Source: a virus
Lineage: Duplodnaviria > Caudoviricetes
DNA: 60,976 nt
Strand: one strand, 5' to 3'
IMG/VR virus record: IMGVR_UViG_3300045999_003786
Coordinates: 1 to 60,976 of that record
Of this stretch, positions 52,846 to 60,976 are shown piece by piece. The notes beneath the pieces were generated by a model. That model worked only from the letters and a program-made list of their open reading frames with translations, was not told the origin of the DNA and searched no databases. The translations under genes were made by a program, and so were the position numbers. Within the stretch, counting starts at the first letter, position 1, and every line of letters begins with the position of its first letter.

Positions 52846-55221
52846 ATGCCCATAGACAAGGTAGTAAATCTGGCCCCGAACTCCGACCTCATTGAATTTG
52901 ATGAAGACGACAATCAGGACATTGAGATCATCATTGAGGATGACGGCAGTGCCTTGATTGAGATTGGCATGGGCGATGAGGGGCAGGATTTTTACGACAA
53001 CCTTGCGGACAGCATCGATCCGCAGGATCTTGGGCACATCTCCATCGACCTACAGGCTCTGTTCGACGCGGACAAGAGCTCTCGCGGCCAGTGGGAGGAG
53101 ATGTACGCCAAAGGACTAGACCTGCTGGGTCTGAAGATGGAGGATCGCACGCAGCCGTTCCGTGGCGCGTCGGGCGTTGTGCATCCAATGCTGACCGAGG
53201 CCATCATCCAGTTCCAAGCGCAGTCGTTCAAGGAGCTGATGCCAGCCGGTGGACCCGTGCGCACCCAGACGCTGGGCAAGGAAACGCTGGATAAGGTCCA
53301 GCAGGCTGCCCGTGTACAGGATTTCATGAACTACCAGATCACCGCCGTGATGAAAGAGTACACGCCGGAGTTCGACCAGCTGCTTTTCTACACCGGATAT
53401 GGCGGATCTACCTTCAAAAAGGTGTACTACGACTCGCAACTTGGCAGGATGGTCAGTCGTCTGGTGCTTGCCGACGACCTTTACATCCCCTACCACGGCT
53501 CGAGCGTGATTTCTGAGTGCCGGCGCATCACGCACCGCATTGCGATGGACTCAAACGAGTTCAAAAAGCGTGTTTACGCGGGTGAATACATCGATATCGA
53601 GGTCTCTCCTGACGGTTCTGGCATCACACAAGACCAGATTGGCGCAACTATCGACCGAATTACCGGCATGCAGTCTGCTGGCGAGCCAGAAGAGATCGCT
53701 TTGCTGGAGTTTCACGTTGATTTGGACATCCCCGGCTACGAAGACGTGGACGAGGACGGCGAACCGACCGGGATCAAGCTTCCATACGTGGTCACAACCG
53801 ACGAAACAAGCGGTCGAGTGATCAGTGTGCGTCGCAACTGGGCAGAGGAAGACCCTCTGCACCTGCGAATTGAGTATTTTGTGCATTACATGCTCGTCAG
53901 CGGCCTTGGTGCCTACGGTTTGGGCTTTGTGCACCTGATTGGTGGCCTTTCCAAGACCGCAACCTCTGCACTTCGTCAATTGTTGGACTCTGGCACGCTT
54001 TCCAACCTGCCTGCGGGCTTTAAGGCGAAGGGCGCGCGGATTGCAGACGACGATAAGCCGATTCAGCCGGGTGAATGGCGTGATATTGACGCGGGCGGGG
54101 CGGAATTGGCCTCATCCCTGCTGCCTTTGCCCTATAAAGAGCCCAGCCAGACCCTGTTTGCGCTGCTCAGCTTCACCGTAGACGCCGGCAGGCGCCTTGC
54201 CAGCATTGCAGACATGCAGGTGGGCGACGCCAACCAGCAGGCGGCAGTGGGTACGACTCTTGCGCTGCTTGAACGTGGCTCAATGGTGATGAGTGCTATC
54301 CATAAGCGCCTGTACTACGCACAGACGCAAGAGTTTGAGATGTTGTTTCGGGGTTTTGGGCAGTACTTGCCGCCGGAGTACCCCTACGATGTCCCCGGCG
54401 CATCTCGTTTTATCAAGCAGTCGGATTTCGACAACAAGGTTGCTGTATTGCCCGTTGCCGACCCCAATATCTTCTCCGCTGCGCAGCGCATTACCTTAGC
54501 TCAGACCCAGCTGCAGTTGGCGCAGAGCGCTCCGAACATGCACAACATGTACGAGGCGTACTACCGCGTTTACCAAGCAATGAACGTGCGCGACATCGAC
54601 GGTATCCTGAAGACCCAGACCAACCAGATGCCAAAGGATTCAGCCAGTGAGAACATTGATGCAATCGACGGCAAGCAGCTCAAGGCGTTTGCCGGCCAGC
54701 AGCACGATTCGCACATCGCCTCTCACCTGATCATGGGGCTTTCCCCATTGGTGCAGGGCAACCCCTTAGCGGCAGTAGAGCTGCAGAAGCACGTCATGGA
54801 GCACGTCAAGCTCAAGGCGGAAGAGGATGCAGAGGCCCAGTTGTTCCGCGAATACGGCAGCGACCCCGACCGCATGGTCTCCGACATGCAGCGCGAAGCA
54901 ATGGTTTCTTTGAACATTGCCCAGTATCTCATGGACGTAAGGACGACGCAGAGTCAGTTGGCAGGCGAAGGCGTAGGCCCTGACCCAGTGATTGCGCTCA
55001 AGGAGCAGGAGCTTCAACAGCGTGCGGCGAAGGATCAGGCCGAGATACAGCTCAAGCAGGCAGGCTTGCAGAACGAGCAGATGCGTATACAGGAGAGCTC
55101 TCAGGCCAACGATGAGCGCATTGCCTCTCAAGAGAAGATTGCGCTGGGCCGCTTTGACGTTGCCAGAGAGCGCATTAATACGCCCAAACCAACGCCAACA
55201 TCACCAACAGGAGGCCGATAA
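52846..55221 (+). CDS. Portal protein (P22-like)
   Basis: 791 aa; PF.GASGV.HP.L.EA..QFQA, GSTFKKVY, LRQL.D.GTLSNLP.GFK and PLPYKEPS; coiled-coil barrel at the C-terminus. Confidence 0.9.
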   Translation: MPIDKVVNLAPNSDLIEFDEDDNQDIEIIIEDDGSALIEIGMGDEGQDFYDNLADSIDPQDLGHISIDLQALFDADKSSRGQWEEMYAKGLDLLGLKMEDRTQPFRGASGVVHPMLTEAIIQFQAQSFKELMPAGGPVRTQTLGKETLDKVQQAARVQDFMNYQITAVMKEYTPEFDQLLFYTGYGGSTFKKVYYDSQLGRMVSRLVLADDLYIPYHGSSVISECRRITHRIAMDSNEFKKRVYAGEYIDIEVSPDGSGITQDQIGATIDRITGMQSAGEPEEIALLEFHVDLDIPGYEDVDEDGEPTGIKLPYVVTTDETSGRVISVRRNWAEEDPLHLRIEYFVHYMLVSGLGAYGLGFVHLIGGLSKTATSALRQLLDSGTLSNLPAGFKAKGARIADDDKPIQPGEWRDIDAGGAELASSLLPLPYKEPSQTLFALLSFTVDAGRRLASIADMQVGDANQQAAVGTTLALLERGSMVMSAIHKRLYYAQTQEFEMLFRGFGQYLPPEYPYDVPGASRFIKQSDFDNKVAVLPVADPNIFSAAQRITLAQTQLQLAQSAPNMHNMYEAYYRVYQAMNVRDIDGILKTQTNQMPKDSASENIDAIDGKQLKAFAGQQHDSHIASHLIMGLSPLVQGNPLAAVELQKHVMEHVKLKAEEDAEAQLFREYGSDPDRMVSDMQREAMVSLNIAQYLMDVRTTQSQLAGEGVGPDPVIALKEQELQQRAAKDQAEIQLKQAGLQNEQMRIQESSQANDERIASQEKIALGRFDVARERINTPKPTPTSPTGGR

Positions 55222-55466
55222 TGCCGCTAAAAAAGGGTAAAAGCCGCAAGGCTATCAGCGAAAACATAGGGGAGACGATGCGATCATACGAAAAGAAGGG
55301 TACGATCGGCACATCTAAACCCAAAAGCAAAGCCGCTGCGAATAAACAGGCAGTTGCAATAGCTTTGTCTGAGGCGGGTAAATCACGCAAGATGAAGGAA
55401 GGAGGGATGGTAAAACCCCGAATAGTGAAGAAAAGAGATGGCAACCAAGACGTAAAGATTTACTAA
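55221..55466 (+). CDS. Small basic protein
   Basis: MPLKKGKS.KAIS.NI...KQAVAIALS.AG..MKEGG. Confidence 0.75.
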   Translation: MPLKKGKSRKAISENIGETMRSYEKKGTIGTSKPKSKAAANKQAVAIALSEAGKSRKMKEGGMVKPRIVKKRDGNQDVKIY

Positions 55467-55512
55467 AAACAGCTAAACGCCTTTCAGACGGTGGCGATTA
55501 CCTTCTGCTTAC

Positions 55513-55710
55513 ATGGAAATAACCATGCTCACTTTTGCTGAAAAAGTTTTAAAAGATATCCGACGCATAGAGCAGGACACGCAACAGCTTGTGCTAAGCG
55601 GCGGCGTCAACGACATGGAGCGGTATCGTTATCTGATGGGGCGGTTAGAAGGTATTCGGCTTTCAGAAGGCATTGTGAAAGGCGAACTTGATAAACACTC
55701 AGAGGACTAA
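55513..55710 (+). CDS. Small conserved hypothetical protein
   Basis: L.SGGV.DMERYR.L.G..EG helical protein upstream of GroES. Confidence 0.7.
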   Translation: MEITMLTFAEKVLKDIRRIEQDTQQLVLSGGVNDMERYRYLMGRLEGIRLSEGIVKGELDKHSED

Positions 55711-55713
55711 CCG

Positions 55714-56172
55714 ATGCAACCAAAGTTGACAACGCTTGAACAAAAATGGGCGGACGAAAAATCCAACTCCAAACCCTCGCTAAACGATGCCTACAACGAT
55801 GACGGCAAGGTCCCAGAAGAGGGGCTTTCGCAAAGCGTCTTGGACCTGATACCCCAGCCAACCGGGTGGCGCCTTGCGCTGCTGCCCTATCGCGGCGCTG
55901 GCACATCAAAGGGCGGCATTGTGCTGACCAAAGAAACCACTGAACGTACTCAACTGGCAACCAACGTGGGCTACGTGCTCAAGCTGGGGCCGCTCGCCTA
56001 CGCGGACGAAAGCAAGTTCCCCGACGGCGCGTGGTGCAAGGCTGGGGATTGGGTGGTGTTTGGACGTTACGCGGGCTCCCGCATCCAGATTGAGGGCGGG
56101 GAGATTCGCCTCCTGAACGATGATGAGATTTTGGGAATTGTGTCCGATCCTGCAAGTATATTGCACAAGTGA
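55714..56172 (+). CDS. groES: GroES-like co-chaperonin
   Basis: P.PTGWR.., T.GGIVL, G.V.KLGP, GDWV.F.RYAG and RLLNDDEILG. Confidence 0.88.
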   Translation: MQPKLTTLEQKWADEKSNSKPSLNDAYNDDGKVPEEGLSQSVLDLIPQPTGWRLALLPYRGAGTSKGGIVLTKETTERTQLATNVGYVLKLGPLAYADESKFPDGAWCKAGDWVVFGRYAGSRIQIEGGEIRLLNDDEILGIVSDPASILHK

Positions 56173-56182
56173 TGAGGAGATT

Positions 56183-57079
56183 ATGATGATTGATTCAGAT
56201 GAAAAGTTGGAATTTGATATCGGGGAAGGTGAGCAGGAAGCGACGGTAACCATCTCCGAGGACACGCAGGGTAAGACCACTAGCGTTGTGGAAACCGGAC
56301 CGAACGCAGAGGAGCTGGACCAGTACTCTGACAAGGTCAAGAAGCGCATCGACAAGTTGACGGCCCGCCTGCGCGAGACTGAGCGCCGGGAGCAGTCGGC
56401 ACTGGAGTACGCCAAGAGCGTGCAGTCCCGCAACGAGGAGCTGCAGAGGCAGTACGAGCAGACTGCGGTTGCGCGGGTTGGTGAGGCCAAGGGGCGTGTT
56501 GAAACACAGATCACGGCTCTGAAGAACGTCATTCGCCATGCGCGTGAAGAGGGTGACATCGACACCGAGACCGAAGCGCAGCAGCGCCTGACGTCAACCA
56601 TCATGGAGCAGCATCAGCTGGCGAACCATGAGGCGCAGGTTAACCGCATACGCCAGCAGCAGGTGCAAGCGCCGGCCCAACAGCAGGCACCCGCCCCGCA
56701 GGCACCCAGAAGGAACGATCCGCGTGCAGAAGAATGGGCAGAAAAGAACACATGGTTTGGCTCGGACGTGGTAATGACCAACACGGCTCGTGGCATTCAT
56801 GTGGATCTTGTTAAAAATGAAGGATTTGACCCGCAGTCAGATGAGTACTATGATGAGATCGATCGCAGAATGCAGGACATCTTCCCAAAGAAGTTTTCTG
56901 ACTCTGCGCCCCAACAAACCAGAAGCAGCCGACCCGTGCAAACCGTTGCCTCTGCGACCCGATCATCGGGACTAAACAATTCAGCACGCCGTTCAATCCG
57001 GCTTAAACCTAGTGAAGTTGCGATGGCAAAGAAACTAGGGGTACCGCTTGAAAAATACGCCCAATACGTGAAAAGGTAA
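56183..57079 (+). CDS. Putative scaffolding protein
   Basis: Acidic N-terminus, long coiled coil, W...N.WFG and C-terminal AKKLGV..EKYA; position before the capsid genes. Confidence 0.7.
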   Translation: MMIDSDEKLEFDIGEGEQEATVTISEDTQGKTTSVVETGPNAEELDQYSDKVKKRIDKLTARLRETERREQSALEYAKSVQSRNEELQRQYEQTAVARVGEAKGRVETQITALKNVIRHAREEGDIDTETEAQQRLTSTIMEQHQLANHEAQVNRIRQQQVQAPAQQQAPAPQAPRRNDPRAEEWAEKNTWFGSDVVMTNTARGIHVDLVKNEGFDPQSDEYYDEIDRRMQDIFPKKFSDSAPQQTRSSRPVQTVASATRSSGLNNSARRSIRLKPSEVAMAKKLGVPLEKYAQYVKR

Positions 57080-57570
57080 TGACTATGGAAAACGACATTG
57101 TTGTACCAAAATTAAATCGCAGCGCCCGAGGATCTGAAACTCGAGAAATCGCCGCGCGTCGCAAGCCTTGGGCACCCCCTTCACGACTCGATGCTCCTCC
57201 TGCGCCAGACGGTTATAAACACCGATGGATCAGACGAGAGGCTGGTGGGGTTGACGACAGAATGAATATTTCATCAAAAATGAGAGAAGGCTACGAGTTA
57301 GTGCGCGCCGACGAATACCCTGAATTTTCGGGGCAGGGCTTGGATGACGGACGACACGCTGGCGTGATCTCGGTTGGTGACGTTGTTCTGGCACGGATCC
57401 CAGAGGAAACAGCAGACGAGCGACGGGCGTTTTATAAAAGCCGTACACACGATCAAATTAAGGCTGCAGACAACGACCTGCTGAAGAGCAACGCACACTC
57501 AAGTATGCGTATTTCTAAGCCGGAGCGGCAGTCAAAAGTAAGCGTCGGCGGGTCTCGATCCTCCGAATAA
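57079..57570 (+). CDS. Conserved head-module protein
   Basis: W.PPS.LDAPPAP.GY.HRWIR...REGYELVR. Confidence 0.7.
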   Translation: MTMENDIVVPKLNRSARGSETREIAARRKPWAPPSRLDAPPAPDGYKHRWIRREAGGVDDRMNISSKMREGYELVRADEYPEFSGQGLDDGRHAGVISVGDVVLARIPEETADERRAFYKSRTHDQIKAADNDLLKSNAHSSMRISKPERQSKVSVGGSRSSE

Positions 57571-57594
57571 CCTATATTTTAAGGAACTTTCACT

Positions 57595-58179
57595 ATGGCA
57601 AACGTAGACAAAGCTTTTGGCCTGCGCCCGCTTGGTAACTTGTCCGCCACTGGAGCTCAGAAGCAGTTCGCTTATGAGATCAACGACAACCAGTCTGGCG
57701 CAATTTATCAAGGGGATTTGGTCACACTCTCTAGCGGTTATGTCGTAAAGTACGATTCCACGCTGCACACTGTAGCGTTGGGCGTATTCAACGGCTGTAA
57801 CTACATTGATCCTACAAGCGGCAAGCCCACTTGGAAGAACTACTACCCGGGTTCGGTTAACATCACTACCGGCGTTATCAGCGCAGAAGTGGTAGACGAT
57901 CCCAGTCAGTTGTTCCTGATTCAGGCGGATGAAGACGTTGTGCAGGCAGATATCGGCTTGAACGCTAACATCGCCTACACCGCCGGCAGCACTACTACTG
58001 GCCTGTCTGCGACCGAGCTTGACTCATCTACCATTGCTAACACAGCAGGCTTGGTGTTGAAGGTTGTGGGCTTCTATAACAGTCCCAGCAACGAACGTGC
58101 TACAAATCACGTTGATGTTGTGGTTAAAATTAACGCACACATGTATGGCAGCGCTGGCGTTGCTAATACTGCGCCATAA
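57595..58179 (+). CDS. Capsid cement/decoration protein
   Basis: MANVDKAFGLRP..IYQGDLV..GVF.GC.Y..DDP..F.IQ; directly upstream of the capsid gene. Confidence 0.65.
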   Translation: MANVDKAFGLRPLGNLSATGAQKQFAYEINDNQSGAIYQGDLVTLSSGYVVKYDSTLHTVALGVFNGCNYIDPTSGKPTWKNYYPGSVNITTGVISAEVVDDPSQLFLIQADEDVVQADIGLNANIAYTAGSTTTGLSATELDSSTIANTAGLVLKVVGFYNSPSNERATNHVDVVVKINAHMYGSAGVANTAP

Positions 58180-58192
58180 TAGGAGCTAACTC

Positions 58193-59101
58193 ATGGCTAT
58201 TTCTCGTTCCCAATTAGTCGCCGAACTTGAGCCGGGTCTTAACGCTCTGTTCGGTATGGAGTACGACAACTACGAAAATGAGCACACGGAGATTTATTCA
58301 ATCGAATCTTCTGACCGCGCATTTGAAGAAGAAGTTATGCTCTCCGGTTTTGGCGAAGCACCCGTGAAGTCTGAAGGCGCAGGTGTCGAGTACGACAACG
58401 CGCAAGAAGTCTACACCGCTCGCTACACCCACGAAACCATTGCTCTGGCGTTCAGCCTGACCGAAGAAGCCGTAGAAGACAACCTCTACGACCGTCTGTC
58501 TGTGCGTTACACCAAGGCTCTGGCTCGTTCAATGGCGCAGACCAAGCAGATCAAAGCTGCTGCCATTCTGAACGGCGCATTCACCACCTCAATCGGTGGC
58601 GACGGCGTTGCGCTTTGCGCAACAGATCACCCTACGCTGAGTGGTCCAAATCTGCGTAACGAGCTGTCTGTATCTGCAGACCTCTCTGAAACCTCACTGG
58701 AGCAGGCGCTGATCGACATCGCTGCCTTCACTGATGAGCGCGGTCTGAAGATCGCGATTCAGGGCCTGAAGCTGATCATCCCGAAAGAGCTGCAGTTCAC
58801 TGCTGACCGTATCATGAAGTCAACCCTGCGCGTAGGCACAGCGGATAACGACATTAACGCTATCCGCAACATGGGCATGGTTCCGCAGGGCTACACTGTT
58901 AACCACTTCCTCGTCGATCCAGATGCGTTCTTCATCAAGACCGACGCGCCTAACGGCATGAAGATGTTCAACCGTGCTGCGATCAAAACCGGCTTTGAAG
59001 GCGACTTTGATACGGGCAACGTTCGTTATAAAGCAAGAGAGCGATATTCGTTCGGCTTCTCTGATCCTCGCGGAATATTCGGTTCACCCGGCACTCCGTA
59101 A
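58193..59101 (+). CDS. Major capsid protein, allele B
   Basis: 302 aa, identical to 31-939 except GVALCATDHPTLSGPNLRNELS versus GKPLCATDHPALSGPDLRNELT. Confidence 0.9.
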   Translation: MAISRSQLVAELEPGLNALFGMEYDNYENEHTEIYSIESSDRAFEEEVMLSGFGEAPVKSEGAGVEYDNAQEVYTARYTHETIALAFSLTEEAVEDNLYDRLSVRYTKALARSMAQTKQIKAAAILNGAFTTSIGGDGVALCATDHPTLSGPNLRNELSVSADLSETSLEQALIDIAAFTDERGLKIAIQGLKLIIPKELQFTADRIMKSTLRVGTADNDINAIRNMGMVPQGYTVNHFLVDPDAFFIKTDAPNGMKMFNRAAIKTGFEGDFDTGNVRYKARERYSFGFSDPRGIFGSPGTP

Positions 59102-59128
59102 GCAAAATCAACGACTTACGTCGTTACT

Positions 59129-59152
59129 AAGGGCCCTTCGGGGCCCTTTTTT
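59129..59152 (+). terminator. Rho-independent terminator
   Basis: AAGGGCCC-TTCG-GGGCCCTTTTTT. Confidence 0.9.
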
Positions 59153-59181
59153 ATTGTAATGGTAAAATAGCGATACAAGGC

Positions 59182-59210
59182 TTGACAACACTCTTTAGCG
59201 GGATTACTAT
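59182..59210 (+). promoter_or_regulatory. sigma70 promoter of the homing endonuclease
   Basis: TTGACA-17 nt-TACTAT, with AAGGAG SD downstream. Confidence 0.75.
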
Positions 59211-59238
59211 CTAAAATACCCAGTAAGGAGAAGCTAAA

Positions 59239-60198
59239 ATGGCTGTTATCTACCGCATTACAAACATGATTAACAACAAGTACTACATCGGCAGCACAGA
59301 GTCTTTTGCTCGCCGCGAGTGGCAGCACAAGAACGATTTAAAAAGAGGGGCGCATAAGAACCCGCACCTTCAAGCTTCTTGGAATAAATACGGCGCGGAC
59401 GCGTTTGTTTTTGAAATACTATCGGAGGTTCCAACAGGTGAGTCTCAACTTGTTTGGGAGGACAGGTACTTGGCCGTGCATGTTGGACTACCTGAGTGTT
59501 ATAACATTAACACCGGGGCTGAGGCTCCACGGCTAGGGATACCCATGTCTGAGGTTAGCAAACAAAAGATGAGCCTTAGCCGTACAGGCAAACACGCCGG
59601 CACCGAGCACTACCGCTACGGTCAGGCGGTAAGCCCCGATGTCCGACAAAAGATAGGGGACACACAGCGAGGGGTGGCTAAACCGGAACGAACCGAAGAA
59701 CACCGCCGAAGTCTTTCTATCGCCAATGCGGGCAACCAGAACTGGTTGGGCAAAACGCATACTGAAGAGACTAAAAATAAGCTTCGCAGAGCTGTTTTCG
59801 CAAGGCTCCCCGATGGGCAGACGCGTATTTTCGCAGGGTTATCCGTTATGCGGGACGAGCTGGGGGTTTCTATCGCTACCACCATTAGAGCCTGCGGATC
59901 AGGAAAGCCGGTAAAATGTGGTGTGTTGGCAGGATGGGTGTTGTCTTATGCAGACGCGGCGCCTAACCAAGGTCCTAGCATATCTGAGGAGTACGCAAGC
60001 TACCCCCGTACCCGACAGGCTGCTAAAGCTGCGGGAAGCAAAGAGTATTTTACGGGGATGCCTTGTGTCCGAGGGCATATATCCCCCCGGAAAGTCAAAG
60101 GCAGTTGCACAGCATGCATGAGGGAGGATTGGAAAACAGAAAACGCAAGGCGGGCATTAAAGGGCGAGACCATTGACACCTTCCCCCAAAAAGCGTAA
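59239..60198 (+). mobile_element. Free-standing GIY-YIG homing endonuclease gene (Seg/I-TevI-like, NUMOD3 repeats, C-terminal Zn module)
   Basis: VIYRITN..N.KYYIGS..R..H..L....H.N..LQ.SWNKYG..F.FEIL; GKTHTEETKNK NUMOD3; YFTG.PC.RGH...C..C. Absent from allele A. Confidence 0.9.
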
Positions 60199-60201
60199 AA
60201 A
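60173..60201 (+). promoter_or_regulatory. Replacement promoter embedded in the endonuclease 3' end
   Basis: TTGACA-17-TAAAAA; the -10 starts at the TAA stop codon and has the same spacing to the RNA as in allele A. Confidence 0.55.
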
Positions 60202-60210
60202 GTACGTAAC

Positions 60211-60285
60211 CCCGGAACATTTTACGCGCTGCAGACCGACCGGGCGGACGACATGCAGACTGAAGCGCAACACTCGCATGTGAGG
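60211..60285 (+). ncRNA. Structured RNA leader (Mu-gpT-DE-like), allele B
   Basis: CCCGG(60211-15)/CCGGG(60240-44), compensatory relative to allele A. Confidence 0.65.
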
Positions 60286-60293
60286 ATTTCATT

Positions 60294-60976
60294 ATGTCGG
60301 CTACTCATTACTCCGGTCCGTTACTCTATTCTGGTGCAAACACAAGCGCGCTCTTCGCTGGTATGACTGACATGCCCATTGGCATCGATCTGTCAGTATT
60401 TTCACTGCTTGATGACTTTGTCGGTGTTGCGATAGACACAACAAACAGCTGGACTGTGGTCAAGGACTCCAGTGCTACCGTTGCTATCGTCGCTGACACG
60501 GTCGGCGGTGAAGTAGCACTGACCTCTGCTGCCACAACTGACAACGATGGTGCTTCTATTCAGGGCAACGAAATTTTCGCAGTTGCTGCAGACAAAAACA
60601 TCTACTTTTCAACGCGCCTGAAGTGCAACGACGCTGACCAGACTGACATTTGCGCTGGTTTGACGTTGAACTTTGCAACTAACCCAGAAGCAATGTTGAC
60701 TGCAACTGACCGCATTGTGTTTCAAGTGGACGACGGTAACGCATCAATCCTGTGCAAAACCGAGAAGAACGGCACGGAGACCAGTACCGACTCTGGCGTT
60801 GACTTGGCTGATGACACCTACGCTGTGCTGTCGTTTAACGTCGCCAGCACTGGCAGCGTGACGTTTTTTGTTAACGGGCGAAAAGTTGCGCAGCATACCA
60901 CCAACATCCCTGATGACGAAAACTTAGCGTTGGCAGCAATGAGCTTGTCTGGTTCAGCCAGCGGCACCCGCGCAAC
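60294..60976 (+). CDS. Partial second copy of the 1163-1882 gene (truncated by window end)
   Basis: ATGTCGGCTACTCATTAC... near-identical to 1163 onward. Confidence 0.85.
   Translation, partial: MSATHYSGPLLYSGANTSALFAGMTDMPIGIDLSVFSLLDDFVGVAIDTTNSWTVVKDSSATVAIVADTVGGEVALTSAATTDNDGASIQGNEIFAVAADKNIYFSTRLKCNDADQTDICAGLTLNFATNPEAMLTATDRIVFQVDDGNASILCKTEKNGTETSTDSGVDLADDTYAVLSFNVASTGSVTFFVNGRKVAQHTTNIPDDENLALAAMSLSGSASGTRA

Larger units (their letters stand above)
58163..60976. repeat. Terminal overlap, copy B (allele carrying homing endonuclease)
   Basis: Matches 1-1845 apart from SNPs and replacement of about 1000-1079 by about 59160-60210. Confidence 0.95.

Noticed and set aside
59239-60198. 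Group I intron or intein hosting the endonuclease
   Set aside because: The capsid gene is intact and terminated before it, and the ORF has its own promoter and SD, so it is free-standing.
1-60976. Alternative genetic code, tRNA genes, integrase or DNA polymerase
   Set aside because: Genes are full length and tightly packed under the standard code. No cloverleaf, recombinase or polymerase motifs were recognised by eye; a tRNAscan or HMM run would be needed to be certain.

Overview
The window is an essentially complete tailed dsDNA phage genome with a unit length of about 58,162 bp and podovirus-like architecture: P22-like portal and tail hub, ejection proteins, no tail tube or sheath genes. 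The host is probably proteobacterial, inferred from sigma70-type promoters, IHF-consensus sites and a SutA-like gene. The ends overlap (1-1845 matches 58163-60976) but are different alleles. The right-hand copy carries a free-standing GIY-YIG homing endonuclease behind the major capsid gene and a synonymously recoded capsid 3' end. Layout: head/neck and small basic proteins (1-5.7 kb); tail-fibre region with three 7-bladed RCC1-repeat proteins interleaved with a sulfotransferase-TPR-glycosyltransferase fusion, a GT25 and an APS-kinase-like gene (5.7-14.7 kb); lysis (14.7-16.8 kb); tail hub and ejection proteins (17.7-28 kb); early genes behind three repeated promoters (28.3-31.2 kb); leftward accessory and recombination/replication genes including a displaced TerS (31.2-40.8 kb); Cro, primase-helicase and an iteron origin (40.9-43.4 kb); TerL, a 2267-aa polyvalent protein, portal, GroES, scaffold and capsid (44.5-59.1 kb). 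No integrase, DNA polymerase, tRNA, CRISPR array or reverse transcriptase was recognised. The best candidates for undescribed biology are: (i) a shared hydrophobic-x-x-G-G tag across many virion proteins that also delimits the modules of the giant polyvalent protein, which contains a probable overprinted gene; (ii) a putative virion sulfation/glycosylation pathway linked to a shuffling RCC1-propeller binder family; (iii) intronless homing with an immunised capsid allele next to a pseudoknotted RNA leader showing covariation. All family assignments come from motif recognition by eye, not from database searches.
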